Of a stretch of 64,000 bases of DNA, positions 14,310 through 28,701 are shown piece after piece. The DNA lies in assembly GCF_009914755.1 (NCBI RefSeq), contig NC_060934.1, one strand, 5' to 3'. This DNA is from the human T2T-CHM13v2.0 reference genome, Homo sapiens. The notes under the pieces were generated by a model that worked only from the letters and a program-made list of their open reading frames with translations, searched no databases and had not been told where the DNA came from. The stretch's first letter is position 1. Every line of letters starts with the position of its first letter. The position numbers were made by a program, and so were the translations under genes.

Positions 14310-14600
14310 ATACAGATGATTTAGTAGGATTGCAGTAAGGCATTTGAAAATCCTTTCCTGATAACTGTATATAAAGTATTAAAATAGGTTTAAGACACTA
14401 GTAAAATTCAGTAGATTCATAATTGATTGAAGTACCATGCCCAAAGAGGAGCAACTAATGAATTGATTCCCTGCAGGATTTGGTCCCCAGTCTATCTTGA
14501 TCAATATTTTTGTCAGTGACTTTGGTGAAGGTGTTAGAGGTACTATTTTTCAAATTTGCAGTGACATAAAGCTGAAAGTATTCTTGAATAAAATACATTA
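14310..14600 (+). mobile_element. L3/CR1 reverse-transcriptase relic
   Basis: With frameshifts it translates to ...SKAF... and INIFVSDFGEGVRGTIF-KFA-D-KL, matching the CR1 RT motif FNIFINDLDEGIECTLSKFADDTKL. Confidence 0.7.
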
Positions 14601-15629
14601 AAAAATCAGGAACTTAACTAGCTAAGATTGTAGGGAAAACCCAATAAATATTCATAGATTTATAGTATATTACAGTTGCAGGAAATTTTAGTCCAAATCT
14701 TCATTTTGAAGGCAAGGAGGCTAGGGTACAGGGTGGTAACTTATATAGCTCACATATGGGTTTACAGGAAAGTTGCAAACTTATGGGTTTATAGGAAGAC
14801 TAATATAAAGTTACAGACTGATTATCTCAAGCAATGATCTGAATATTAATAAATTGTAGCACTGGCAAAAAAGAAAGAAACAAACAAAAGAAGTTATCAA
14901 AAAGCCATCCCATTCTGAATTAATAAAGCTGTAGTTATTGATGACAAGGAGGTAATAGGTTCCAGATTTCTTTCCTCTTACTTCCAGTGTCTTTAAAAAG
15001 TATTATACAGCTATTTATAGACACTAAAAAGAGAAATCAGTTTTCTCTCTATGCTGAAATTTCGTGTCTGAAAAATGACCTACATGGGACTGACTACATA
15101 TAAAGAATGCCTTTATAAGGTAAACTGATGTGCTAAGAAAACAAAACAAGAAAAATGAAACTTCAGAGGCTGCAATATTTATTATAGAAATACAAATATA
15201 TGTGCAATTCGGAGTTTCTGTGTGATGTCAATTAGCCTAGGCACTGGCATAAGAACTTGCTGTTACTGTCATATATAAAGTCAGATCAGATGAAGGTGCT
15301 AATTTATTTTTCTAAATATGTGTCACAGTGCTTTAAAATGCAAAAAAAAAAAAAGTCATATGATGTCATCGTAAGGACAAGGGAAAGTATTGATTATGGC
15401 CTCACTCAAAGGAATGACTGACACTTTCATGGCTATCCCAGGGAATCTCAAACCAAAGAAAACTCAATCTGCAAACCTATGAAGGTTGGAAAATAGAGTT
15501 CCTATTACCAGCTCACAGAACTAGGATTGAGGGGAATTGAGTATTAAGGACAGGGGTGATTATATATATTAATATAATAAAATATTCATTGCAATTGCAT
15601 GGCTACCAAACTTGATGAAATTAATTAAA

Positions 15630-15770
15630 CCATTCATTTATTCCTTCCCGTCTTCATTGAACAAATTTCACTGAATATTTATCACATGTCAAGCACAGTA
15701 ATAAGAGCTGGAGATACAAAGATAAATGAAATTCAGCCATTGCACTCAAGAATTTAGTGTTTAGGAGACA
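15630..15770 (-). mobile_element. L2 3' end
   Basis: cattcatttattcc...aacaaatttcactgaatattta...gcacag...gctggagatacaaagataaat. Confidence 0.65.
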
Positions 15771-16003
15771 CATAAACCTCCACCAACATTTTGCAATGAA
15801 GCATAATACGTGCTATGAGAATCAATTCTATTAGGTAAATGGTGATCTCATGGAGAAAGGGATAAACAGATTAATGGAGTAAAGAAAGTTTACTAGGGAA
15901 AAGAGAAGACAAAACTGGCCATTAACAATCTCAGAAACTTGTTCTGAGTTTTATAGAAATATCTTCTTAGAACAGAAGAGTCGAGTTGACATTTTTCCAG
16001 GTA

Positions 16004-16337
16004 CAGTGGGCCCTCTCTATTTGTGAGTTCAATATCCAGAGAATCAACCCACTGCAGATCAAAAATATTTGTAAAAACATTGTTTCATACTAAACATGCA
16101 CAGAATGTTTTTCCTCATCATTATTCTCTAAACAATACAGTATAACAGCTATTTACATAGCATTTAGATTGTATTAGGTATTATAAGTAATCTAGAGATG
16201 ATTTAAAGTTTATAGGAGGATGTGCATAGGTTATATGTAGATACCATGTCATTTTATATGAGAGACTTGAGTATCTAGGAATTTGGGTGTCCTAGGGAGG
16301 TCCTAGAACTAATCACCCATGGTTACTGGAATGACTG
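16004..16337. mobile_element. MER2 (TcMar-Tigger) DNA transposon fossil
   Basis: TA|cagt...actg|TA termini. Internal tatttacatagcatttagattgtattaggtattataagtaatctagagatgatttaaag. Confidence 0.9.
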
Positions 16338-17052
16338 TACTGGAATATTAGTTATTAATCTGTAACTGAGTTTCTATTAGGTGGAGCAATAGCCAGAAAA
16401 TCTAGAAATACTCAAGTCCTATTTCAGAATATATCTCCACCCCCAACTTTCTTAAGAGAACAATATAATCAAGAAATAATGGTACCACAGACTAGAATAG
16501 CAGTGTATGATGATCCCCAAATCATACACTGAAACATGAACCTCAGATATTGCTGCACTCTAGCTAAACACTGGATACATAATCACAGAGGGAGAAAGAT
16601 AAGGGGGAATAAAATCAGATCCACTCCTGGACTGGATCCTCTTAGCACTCAGGCAACATGGAATACAGAGTGTGAGAAAACCAGCTACATCTATGCACAA
16701 TAATTACAGCCATGCAAAAATCAGACAAATCCATAGCAGTTCTTCCTTGTATGGTCTTGGTGGGGATGAAGACAAGTGAGAAACTAAAGGAGCTATTCCT
16801 GGAAACCCTTCTCTTAAGGGGAACAGTGACTAACTGAGGGATGACATGCTAAGTTATCAATTAAGAATGCATCTTGGAAGTACATTTTCCTTATCCTTTG
16901 TCTTACAGTGTACATGCATATTACAGTCTACAGAGTAGAAATATAAAGAATTCCATACCTATTTCTAGATTCCTGATCATTAAGACCAGCACTCTGTAAA
17001 CAGCAGTTCCTAGTGTTATGTCATTACCGGAACAGACTTGAAAAAATTTAGG

Positions 17053-17362
<310 letters not shown>

Positions 17363-19071
17363 TTAACAAACAAGTTAGGGCATTAATAAAACATTAGCAG
17401 TAATAATAACAACCTCTACCAAGTACCATCTCGATATTTCATAAAAGAAGTAATCATTTTAAAGTCAAAAATATAGGAAGGGGAAATATTATAGGGAAAC
17501 CTTTTAAAATGAATAACAATAGCATTAGGAAGGGCAGAAAGCATTCTTATTGTGGTACAGACCACTGAAACTGCAACCCAAACACTTGTACTGGTCCAAA
17601 GATGGGTATGTGGAGAAAATTGCTCTACAAACTTTATGCTCACTTACTTATACACATACTGTTTAGAACGAGCATCTTAAGAATTTTGGAAATCGTCATC
17701 CCTTAACCTATTGAACATAAGACACATTGGCATATTACCCTTTCTTTGGCAGACGGAACTATTTATTAAAAGCCGCTACTATTGCTCAAATTGTATGTAT
17801 TTAAAACATTACTTGAGTTCATAGATTTACCTCTGCTCATACAAGTATTCTAAATCTCTTCAAACCTTACCTCCTCAGTCCTCAATGTGAGTGACCATGG
17901 TTGGCAGGCAAGGACATAGTGTGTCTGAGGGAGATTTGGGAAATTGAGCCTGTCTTCAAAGTCCATTAGAACTATTTCAGTTATCAGAGATTATTTTGAT
18001 GTTGTCAATATTGGAAATTTTTCCATAGTATGGGAATGGTAAACAGTGTCATACTAACTACAAAATTTGGGGTTTTTCTCAGAATAATGAACCTCAAAAC
18101 AGTGTTAAAGTCATTAAAAAGAAGTTTTTATAAATATATGGCACAGAGCTGTCAAATTGAAAATAACTTCTGAAATAAAAAATAAAAGGAAAATAGTTGC
18201 TTTAAGAGTTTTATGGCAAATTGCATAATTCAAAGCAAGGCTCTCAAAAGCCACTGTTCCCAGTGAAAGTATTAGCTGAATTAGCTTCCTAGTCAGAGTA
18301 TCCCGTTGGAAATTCACTTCATCAGCATGGCTTTATGTGTAACTAAAACAAGGCAGCTTATGAACAAACATTTAAAGAAAGGGTCTAGTTATGGACTTCA
18401 ACCAGAAAGGTATTTCCTCTGCCCATTCAATCTGGATTCCTGTGCAAGTCTGGCCTTTATTCAGAGTTATGTGGACAAAGCAGATGCTATTTCACAAATA
18501 TTTCTCTCCTAAAAAAAGGAGACAAGATTCTCTCTAGAGAAGTCCCTGTCACATATCATTCTCTTCAAGCTAAGTTCTAAATATATTTGCTATGTGCAAA
18601 AAAGGACTAACTAGATTTAACCAACAAGCACAACTTTATGGCCCTAATCACACAGCACTCACTTGGTAAAAAGAGTCAAGTAAGTCTCATTTGAATGTAA
18701 AACTTCAAATTGCTGTTCATCACTTGAAATTAAATAAGGCTGAACTGAGTTATGCATTACAGTTTCAGCCTTCATGCTCGGTGTGTGTGTCTTAATGAGT
18801 CATCTCTCCTTATAATAGACCTTCAGTATCCTTTGCCATACTTTTTAATATACAGGTGGATTTTAGGTTGTTAATATCTAAATATCTACCTTGCATAACT
18901 AGACATTGCTATCTCAATTCTGTACTTATGCAACGTCTTTTGTTTCCCACAAAAAAAGTCACATTTATTCCTTTATTACAACATGCTAGAGTCATTAATA
19001 TTCATTAACTCAATGCCTTGTACTCAAATCACTTGGATAACTTGTCCTCACCACTATATAGAAGATTCCTT

Positions 19072-19412
19072 GGACCGGCCATGGTGACTCACGCCTGTAA
19101 TCCCAGCACTTTGGGAGGCAGAGGCAGGTGCAGTGGCTCACGCCTGTATCCCAGCACTTTGGGAGGACAAAGAGGGCAGATCACTTGAGGTCAGTAGTTC
19201 AAGATCAGTCTGGCCAATATGGTGAAATGCTGTCTCTACCAAAAAAAAAAAAAAAAAAAAAAATAGCCGGGCATGGTGGTGCACACCTGGTAGTACCAGC
19301 TACTCTGGAGGCTCTGGTGGGAGAATCCCGTGCACCCAGGAGATGGAGGCTGTAGTGAGCCCAGATCATGCCACTGCACCCCAGGCTGGGTGACAGGGCG
19401 AGGTTCTATCTC

Positions 19413-19439
<27 letters not shown>
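19072..19439 (+). mobile_element. Alu (old S/J) with a tandemly duplicated 5' end
   Basis: The Alu head occurs twice (19072-19122, then restarting at ~19123). Long middle A-run and a long poly(A) tail. Confidence 0.9.
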
Positions 19440-19443
<4 letters not shown>

Positions 19444-19444
19444 A

Positions 19445-20600
19445 GAGTGCTGAGTTTCCCCTTCGTCTCATTCTCTGCACTGATTTGTGTCTGGAAGGCT
19501 TAAGACTAAGAACTGCATCCCTCCAGCTCCCCTGCCCTCTGCCTTCCCATTGGATTCGGCCAATCATGGTGCAAAAGGGGTTGGGGGAGCCATTAGTAAG
19601 AGAAGGAGAGCGATATGAAAGCATTTGTTCCCTGACCCTGCTCTCCGCCTGCCTTACTGTGGCTCTAAGCATGGCTTAGTATCCTCAGGTGATCACTGCC
19701 ATGACAATGACTTTCACTTTGCTCCAATTGCACTATTTCCCTTTTTGCCTGGCAAAAAAGTTTGCATGGCATCTGAGGAGTTCAGCTCCTGGTTAAAACC
19801 CTGAATGTGCTTTTTCAGGCCTGCCTCTAGGCAATGACAAAAGTTTTACCTAAGAGGCCTCACGTGAGACAGCTGGTCTCCACATCAGCTTGGTGCACAG
19901 CCAATACAGTGCAGTCTCTAGGAGGAGTTGCAGCCAAGAACTCGGGCCCCTCTGGCCAGTCACAGTGTAACACAGGTTTGCATTCCCAGCCCCAGCAGCT
20001 TCAGTACTAGGTTAGTGTCTCAGGCCTTGGGCAGAGGTCTTCGTCAGGTGCCTCCAACAAGGGCTCCTTATGTGGGGAGACTCGGGAAATCTTAAAGACA
20101 TTTTTCCACACTCTGACACAGTATCTAATACTTTTCCACTCCTAGCCCGTCTTCACCACTCCACTCCCTACACAATTAGGGTTCTCAACTGCCGGAGTCT
20201 TTAGCTGGGGCTCCCTCAACAGTGTGAATCTGCCCAAATCAGTGCTGATCCACCTGGCCCTTTGCTGGTGCTCTTTTCCATGGGGATAAATGGAACAGTA
20301 GGAGTCGGTGATTTCTCTGGTTTCAGACTCTTGCTTTTATTATTGCAGTAAGTGATTAAAGGCTTAACTTTCTCATTTTTGCTTGTTTTAATTGGCTACA
20401 CTGACACCTGGCAGCTTAGTTCTCCCTTTCCCAGCTCAGCTGAGTTCCTAACAGCATTTTGCTGCCTGGAGCTCTAGATGCTTCGCCATCCTTTGGTGGT
20501 TCCCATAACCCTGCCCACACCTCTATAAGTAGTAACTTTACAAAATTCTCATCATTTATTCTTGAGTATGCCATTATGTTCTGAAAATCTGTATGATACA
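19445..20600 (+). mobile_element. ERVL-type LTR cluster (LTR33-like ends with another LTR-like segment at ~19750-20430)
   Basis: ctcccctgccctctgccttcccattggattcggccaat and cataaccctgcccacacctctataagtag...tgataca resemble LTR33. The GC-richer middle looks like a separate LTR. Confidence 0.5.
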
Positions 20601-20689
20601 CTGCCTTAAGAGTTTTAATATGCAGGCAATGTTGAATAGCACTGATAGCAACCTTACGTATGATTAGAAGGAATAAGCGCTTGCTTTTT

Positions 20690-21105
20690 GTATTAGTTTC
20701 TTAAGGCTTCTGTAACATAATACCACAAACATATTGTCTAAATAACATAGATATATCGTCTTACAATTCTGGAGGCTAGAAGTCTAAAATTCTAGGTGTC
20801 AGCAGTGCCATGCTCCCTCTGAAAGTACAAGGAAAGGATCTGATGCCGTCCTCTCTCCTAGCTTCGGGTAGTTCCTTGGCTTGTGACAGCCTAACTCCAA
20901 TCTTCACATGGCATTTTCCGTGTCTGTGTGTACATGTGTATGTGTATGTGTATGTCCAAATTTTCCCTTTTTATAAGGATATTATTCATATTGGACGAGT
21001 GTTATCTGCAATGACACTACTTCCAAATAAGGTCACATTCTATGGTTTGAGGAGTTAGGACCTTAACATATAAATTTTAGGAATACACATTTTAACTCAT
21101 AACAA
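20690..21105 (-). mobile_element. MLT1B-like MaLR LTR
   Basis: tgtattagtttc...ttctggaggctagaagtc...ttccaaataaggtcacattc...cataaca. Confidence 0.85.
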
Positions 21106-21109
21106 CCTT

Positions 21110-21648
21110 GTAAGGGAAGGATTTCATAATGAATGTCTGTGCTTTTTAAATTTTTGCTGTTGTTATTTTATATCTCTTTCTTTGGGAAATGGTCCTCCCC
21201 TACTCGGGAGATGCGGTTCAGGTGGTGCTGACACCACTCACTGGCTCCGGGTAGAACACATAACCCAGAGCTGGTTAATCAGAATCCTCCATCTAATTGG
21301 CCACATTGATGATTAGTTCAAGGATGGGCAAGTGACCCAAGAGAAGCTAATGTGAGTAACCCCCATCCCTGTAATTTGATTGAGGCTATTATGATAAAGG
21401 TCCATGAGAATTATGCAAGCCTAGGGCTGCCAGTGCCCCTTTTCAAATAGAGAGAAACTGCCTAACAAGAAAACAACCCTGAGAACAGACCCAAGAGCTG
21501 CAGTGAAACAATGTCTTGATGATGTAATTTGAGCTCTAGTGTATGAGCTGCCCATTTTGACTTCCTAGGTAAAAGAGCCAATACAAATCTGGATTTAAAT
21601 TAATTTGAATTGAGTTCCTGACACACGCGAACAACATAGTCTTAATAT
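21110..21648 (+). mobile_element. LTR16-like ERVL LTR
   Basis: ggccacattgatgattagttcaaggatgggcaagtgacccaa and aagagccaatacaaat. Confidence 0.55.
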
Positions 21649-21687
21649 ATAAGCCAGTGTGGCATAAATAGGTCCAGACTCTAGGGC

Positions 21688-21881
21688 AGTGGCTCTCAAA
21701 CCTTAGTGGGCATCAGAGCCACCCGGTAGGCTTGATAAAATACAGATTGCTGGACCCCATCCTCAGAGTTTCTCATTCATTAAATTTTGGGTGCAGCTTA
21801 AGAATTTCATTTTTAACATGTTCACAGGTGATGCCGAAGGGCTGGTGCTGCTGGTCTGGGAACCACACTTTGAGAATTACT
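21688..21881. mobile_element. MER5A
   Basis: cagtggctctcaaac...aaaatacagattgctggaccccatcctcagagtttct...ggaaccacactttgagaattact. Confidence 0.9.
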
Positions 21882-22904
21882 ATTTTATTTTATTTTTACT
21901 TTTTAATTTATAAACTTTTTTTATTTGTCAGGAAGACATGGGGAGAACTACTATTTTAGAGAGATCATTGAGGTGGCAGTTTGGTGACTGAAGTAATTCT
22001 AGCAAGCAGAACTGAAAATTACATTACTTTTGTTGTTCTTATCAGTTTAAAAATTACAACTGACTGAATGAAAATGCTATTTGGTCTCTGGCAGCTTATA
22101 AGTGTTTTTCTTTTTCAATGACATCCAAAACAAAGCCAGTTCCCATGCTCCAGGGCTTCATCTAATTTCCATGCAAATGACTAGATCTGTGGGTTGTTTT
22201 CGCAATATCAGAAACCATTTGCACACCTCTTTTAGAGAAGTACTTCATTGCCACTAGACTGATGAAATTGTCCATGGTAGAACTCAAGCCGCAACAATCC
22301 CTTGAGGCTAAAGGAATTTATTATTACCTAGCATCAACCACCACCAAAAAATGTAATCACATGCTGCCTGTTTATGTATGATGGATTGATTTTGACACCA
22401 AGCACTCACCTATGACCTTTTTAATGTGAAATTATTTCTACAGAAATGTTCATTTGGATAGCAACCTCTCTTGAACCTTGATCAGGTCAAAGTATTTGCT
22501 CGGTCAGTGAATGCATTTCTGGATTCAAAGTGAACAGGCTGTCAGGGGTGACAGAGGAGAGAATGTAAATGGCAAAAATTCCAAATTCTCATAGCCATGA
22601 CAGTCAGTGGCATGGTCTAAAGGGTCTACAGTCTAGGGGCACAATACTGGCCTATGAATCTAGAGACATTGGCTTTAGTCTCCTGGTGTTGGCAAAACTG
22701 GTATGAACAACCTTGAAAAGTTATTTAACTTGTCTGAGCTTATCTGAAAAGATAATGCGTTAAGCTAATTGAACTCTACATTTTATTTCAGCTTCCTGTC
22801 TACTGTGCATGTGTGGTTTTGATTTCAACTGAAGAAGTGACATTCTGACTTGGAATTCCACCAGATGAAGGGAAAGCATTGTGAGAAAATTCAGAGAAAA
22901 TCAA

Positions 22905-23110
22905 ACCAGCGCTGGATTCAGACACAACTGGCTGTGAATCCTGGCTCTGCCACGTCATAGTTGTATAGCCCTAGATAGATTTACTAAATCACTTCGAGTT
23001 ACAAATTCCTCATCAGTAAAATTTCAGTAAAAATACTTACCTTGAGTGTTCTTATGAGGATTAGAGTTAATATATGCAAAGCACCGTGCATCAGCTCTCA
23101 ATCAAGGGTG
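22905..23110 (+). mobile_element. MIR
   Basis: gtgaatcctggctctgccac...ttcctcatcagtaaaat...ttatgaggattagagttaatatatgcaaagcac. Confidence 0.8.
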
Positions 23111-25336
23111 GTATAAATCACTTGATGTTTAAAGAATCTCTGAAAGTAAAAGCTTCTGAATGTGGAACAGATTCAAATAACAAGTGAAAATAAAAGCAGC
23201 CAGCATCAGGCCCAGCCCAACAGAGTTCTCTCTCAGTGCCATTTCTTTGCTCCCAACGAAACATCTGATGTGTGCTGGGTTTTGACCCTCACTGGCCTTC
23301 AAGCTTCTGCTTCTGTACTGCCCTGAATTACTCTTCAGCTGTGGCTTTACCTTGGCTTTGTTCCTATGTCTCTGTTTTGGCACCTGCTTATCACCTGGCT
23401 ATACTCTACTCTCTCCAGCTTTGGACTTCTTCAAGTGAGTGTGTTGATGCCTGTTTCTGGCTTATGGCATGGTTGCCATATCCCTGCGTGCTGTATTTTT
23501 CCTTAATTCTAGTGTGCTTATACTAATAAGGGTTTATACAACCAGTATTTCTATAAAAATTAACTAAAGTGAAACCTTTTGTTTGCAACTTACTCATTCT
23601 TGGTACCACTATGAATGTAAATGAGCAACAGCACTGCTATGACAGCAACAAGAGATAATGAAAACTATTGAAAAAGTCAAAGACTGAAAGGAGTTTTAAA
23701 GACAGAGGCACTGGAACCAATGCAAGACAGCATTTTGAGCAATTCTCTATTTCCAAATTTAATGGTGAGACACAGAGGCACAGATCTCAGGGGAAAAGAT
23801 TATTACCTATAATGAATAATAAGAGACCGGCATTACCACACCCTAGTAACCAAGACAAGGATGGATTCTGCAAAGTAACTCCAGAGCTGGTAAAACTGTG
23901 AATGTCTGAATGTAACAGTCACTCTGGAATCACCAAACCTAATGTTGCATCCCTGATAGCTATAAACAAATTAGATTTATTCAGCAGGGCAGTCCAAATG
24001 CCTGAGCCACTCCTAAATCGGCCTAGAGGTAGAAGGATGATCTTAATGATGTATGACAAGACTTGCATTACAAAATAATTTCAATTACTGGATGTGTTAA
24101 AAAGCCACTTTGCAGCTGTTAGAAAAATTTACAAATGGATTTTAAATACATCTAATGCAAAACAGGCTTTAACTTTCCTGTTACAATTCTAATTTCACTC
24201 TAACCTGTAGAAACCAGCTGGGGAATGGATCTAGGGATGAGAACAGAAAGCTCCTAAGGAAATTTGGATGAAATGAAGCAAAGAAAGACTTCTTCTAGTT
24301 TAGAGGAATCTTCCTTATCAGAATGTCATCATGGAAGAAGATGCCTCATTACTTAGGTTATTTCAAATTACACCAAAATTCTGACTCAAAAACCTCACTA
24401 TGTGGGCTACTAGAAGATTACCTGAAAGACCTCTCTCAAGAATTCTCACCAGATTCCTCAGGCCAGCTTTGGAGGTCCTCTATGAACTGGTACCACTTTG
24501 CCTGTGCAACCCTCAAAAGCACAAACTCCGTAGTGAGATCTATGGTCCATTTTCCTCATCATTGTACCACCTATAAGCTGAGTAATGTAGGCAAGTTATG
24601 TAACTGCACAATACCTCAACTTTCTGAACCGTAAACTAAAAATAAGGCCTTCTCATGTAAATTTGGTTTTAGATTCCACAAAATTATATTCTGGAAATGA
24701 CTTACCTGACACATTATAATAAGAATAGCTTGTACAATTAAGGAACATCCGCTGTTCCACTCACTTTGTTTTCCAATGGCAACAAAGTTTTTCTATTTGC
24801 CTCTCACCAAAAATAGTCTCCTGAATCCTCTCCAGCTACACTGAGCCTGCCTATCCCTTAAGTTTAATTCAATTCCCCAATACTCCATGATTCTTCTATG
24901 GATATCCCGAACCATAGTCATCTATCCCTTTATTAAACTATTAAATTCAATGTTACCTCCCATTTTCACAACTATAGAAAGCTATTTCCCAGTTCAACTG
25001 CTTCATATAAGCAATCCTATCCTTCCAGTCAGAAATGAAAGTTGGAGACAAGAAGACCTGATTTTTAAACCTTTTTGTTACTCACAGTAAGCCCAATGCC
25101 ATGACATCCACAAAGCATTGTGCAAGGATAATTATCAATTAAATGTCCATATTAATAAGTATTTTTGATGTTCAGTGCTCTCAGAAATATAGTATGACAT
25201 GGCCATAGTACCATAAGACAGCCATAAATAAAAATTGGAAATTAATACAAGTCTACATAACTGTGCCATCAAAATCAGGAATACAGTAAATCTGTGTTCC
25301 TGGATCCCAACCTACAAGGCAAGGCAGAAAGGATGA

Positions 25337-25338
<2 letters not shown>

Positions 25339-25389
<51 letters not shown>
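25339..25389. repeat. (CA)~25 perfect microsatellite
   Basis: Direct reading of the sequence. Confidence 0.98.
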
Positions 25390-25392
<3 letters not shown>

Positions 25393-25607
25393 GAAACAGG
25401 AAAATGAGCCATAAGTTGAATATCTCTCAAGAAGCACTTTCAACACCAAATAACAAAAAACATGACTCAAAATGGAAACGTATTTGTTTACATAACTAAG
25501 AAAGCCAGGAATGGGGCCAACTGTAAGTCATACCCTGATTGCTCTCTGTCCCCTGGGCCTGATCAGCTGTACTCACACTCTTTTTGGGGTAGCAATATGG
25601 TCTAGCA

Positions 25608-26134
25608 CAGGTGTCCCCAATCCCCAGGCCACGGACCAGTATCCCTCTGTGGCCTGTTAGGAACCAGGCCACATGGCAGGAGGTGAGTGGCAGGCAAGCA
25701 AGTGAAGCTTCATCTGTATTTACAGCCCCTCACCATTGCTCACATTACTGCCTAAGCTCCGCCTCCTACCAGATCAGCAGAGGCATTAGATTAGCATAGA
25801 AGCGTGAACCCTATTGTGAACTCCATGGGTGCGGGATCTAGGTTTCGCAATCCTTTTGAGGACCTAACGCCTGCTAATTTATCACTGTCTCCCATCACCC
25901 CCAAATGGGACTGTCTAGTTGCAGGAAAGCAAGCCCAAGGCCCCCACTGATTCTACATTATGGTGAGTTGTATAATTATTTCATTATTTATTACAATGCA
26001 ATAATAGTAGAAATAAAGTGCACAATAAATGTAATGCACTCGATTCATCCTGAGACCATCCGCCTCCACCTGTCCGTGGAAAAATTGTGTTCCACGAAAC
26101 CGGTCCCTTGTGCCAAAAAGTTTGGAGACCTCTG
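25608..26134. mobile_element. MER1A, full length, nested in an old MLT1 (J/K-like) LTR
   Basis: Termini caggtgtccccaa ... ttggagacctctg. Perfect 8-bp TSD gtctagca (25600-25607, 26135-26142). MLT1-like sequence continues to ~26460. Confidence 0.93.
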
Positions 26135-26769
26135 GTCTAGCAGATCTAAGCCCCCATTCTGTCACGATAAAGGAAGGAGAAACAGAAGAGAGTGCTTTTC
26201 TCTCAGCAGTCCCAACAACAGTCCCATTTCATTGTATTGACTCTGATTATCTGCCTGTCAGTGAACCAATTACCACAGCCAGGGGCATGAGATATTCTGA
26301 TTGACCAGGCTAAGAAGCATGTCTGCTCCTGGAGTGATGGCTTAGCTGACTCCACAGAAAACCTGTAAGCTGAAGGCAAGAGAAAGAGGGGGTTCCCCCA
26401 GGGGAAAGCTGAACCGCTATTATCACAAAAAGGGTGAATAACTTCTAGACAATATAAACAGCACAAACATTTGTGTTCCTGGTAAAAATGACTAGTTGAT
26501 TGATATTTAAATCCATAGATATGGAAATCATCTAACTTTCCCACCTCATACACGTTTTTTTCTAATTCCTGAAGAATATATCCACGAGTGCATTGTGTAA
26601 AACCAAGAGCGATTCTTTGGAGAACTATAGTTCACTGTCTGAGTCTCCTCACTACACAGCTTGTTGATTTCCACAGATCATTCAGTGGTAAAACTGGAAT
26701 TCCCAAAGTCTCTTTCCCTATGCTACTATTAAGGCCATGCATGAGATAAAAGGCCAAAGCACTGGTCTA

Positions 26770-27099
<330 letters not shown>

Positions 27100-27691
27100 C
27101 TACCACAGAGCTTTGGAAGTTTACAGACAGTAAAGAGTAAAGATAATCAGCCAGTATAATTTTTTTTCTTTTTCATGAAATGTAAAAACAGGATCCAAAG
27201 AACTATGATCATTATAGATTCTCATTCCCACCCCATGTTCTCAAAAGCAGATTTATTTCATTCTGGTTAATTGCATGCTGCCTCCAAAAATATGCAATTT
27301 AGGGTTCAGTTTGCTCCTTGCTTTATTTTTAATTGCATTTCTGTATTGTGTCTTAATTACTATAATTCAAATCAAATTAGATGTTGTTCTTTTACTTATT
27401 TAGAACACAAAATAAAATGAGTAGATCCCTGCCCTACAAAACATCAAAGGCTTTGTGCAAAAACAGCAACAACAAATATTTATCAAGCACTTGCAGATAT
27501 AAGACAGGTTCTGTTTCAGTCTCAGGAGATAAGTGCTCTGTGGGTGATGAAAACAGGGCAACATGATAGAAAAGGATTGGATGGTCAGAGGAGGCTTGTT
27601 TCAAAAGACAGTAGTAAAGTTGAAATGTGAATTACAAGAAAGGTAGCCACGCAAAAATAAAGTATGTTTCGGTATGCTAGTGCAAAGACCC

Positions 27692-28049
27692 TGAAAGGGA
27701 CTGAATATTTATGTACCCTCCAAAATTCATATGGTGAACACCTACTCCCCAGTGTGATATATTAAGAGGTGACAGCCGTGGGAGGTAATTAGGTTTAGAT
27801 AAGGTTCTAGGGTGGAGCCCTCATAATGGAATAATGCTTTTATAAGAAGATACCAGAGAGTTAACCCCACCCCTGTTATGTAAAAATCCAACAAGATGGC
27901 CATCTGAAAACCAGGAGAGGGTTCTCATCAGACACAGAATCTATCAGCACCTCAGTGATGGACTTCCCAGACTGTAAAACTGTGAGAAACATATTTAAAC
28001 CACCAAGTCCATAGGATTTTTGTTATAGCGGCCCAAGCTGACCGAGACA
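27692..28049 (+). mobile_element. MLT1A-like solo LTR
   Basis: TG...CA termini with a perfect 5-bp TSD gaccc. Internal ctccaaaattcatatg and gacttcccagactgtaaaactgtgagaaa. Confidence 0.9.
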
Positions 28050-28701
28050 GACCCTGAAGTGTGAGCAAGCTTGGTGTGTTGGGAACGGAAACAAGCCACT
28101 ACATATACGTGAGTGTGGTTGGTATATTTGTGTGTGTATTAGGGATGGGAGGTAGGGGGATTGGTGGTTTAATTTTGTTTTTCTTGATTACAATAAATTC
28201 AGGAAAATCTGGTATAAATAATGAGGTCAGAGAACTGGTCACAGGCCTGGTCAGATAAAATTTTATAAATCAGAGTAAGGAGTTAGATTAAAATCCAAGT
28301 TCCACTGGAGGGTTTTATTTCCAGTAGGGGGAGCCAAGTTATTGGCTTCAACTTCTTAAAAATTTAACATAAAAGGCATATGGACAAAGGGTTCTATTGA
28401 AAAAAATTGAAAGCCAAGTATTTGTTAAAGACATCCAGGCAAGATATGGTGGTGATTTGAATGATAGCAGTAGGAGCAGAGAGACAGAGAAGTGGGTACA
28501 TATTTGATGCATTTTGGAAGCAGAGGCAAAAAAAATGTGGTAGTGGATCTTATATGGTAAGAGGAGGGGAAAATAAGGTTGAGGATTGCTCTTAGCTTAT
28601 TGACATAAGCAATTGAGTGGGTGGTTTTACCATTCACTGGAATGGGAAAGAATATAGGAAGAGTTGAGTGAGAGTAAGTGACAGTCAAGAATTCTAGTTC
28701 A

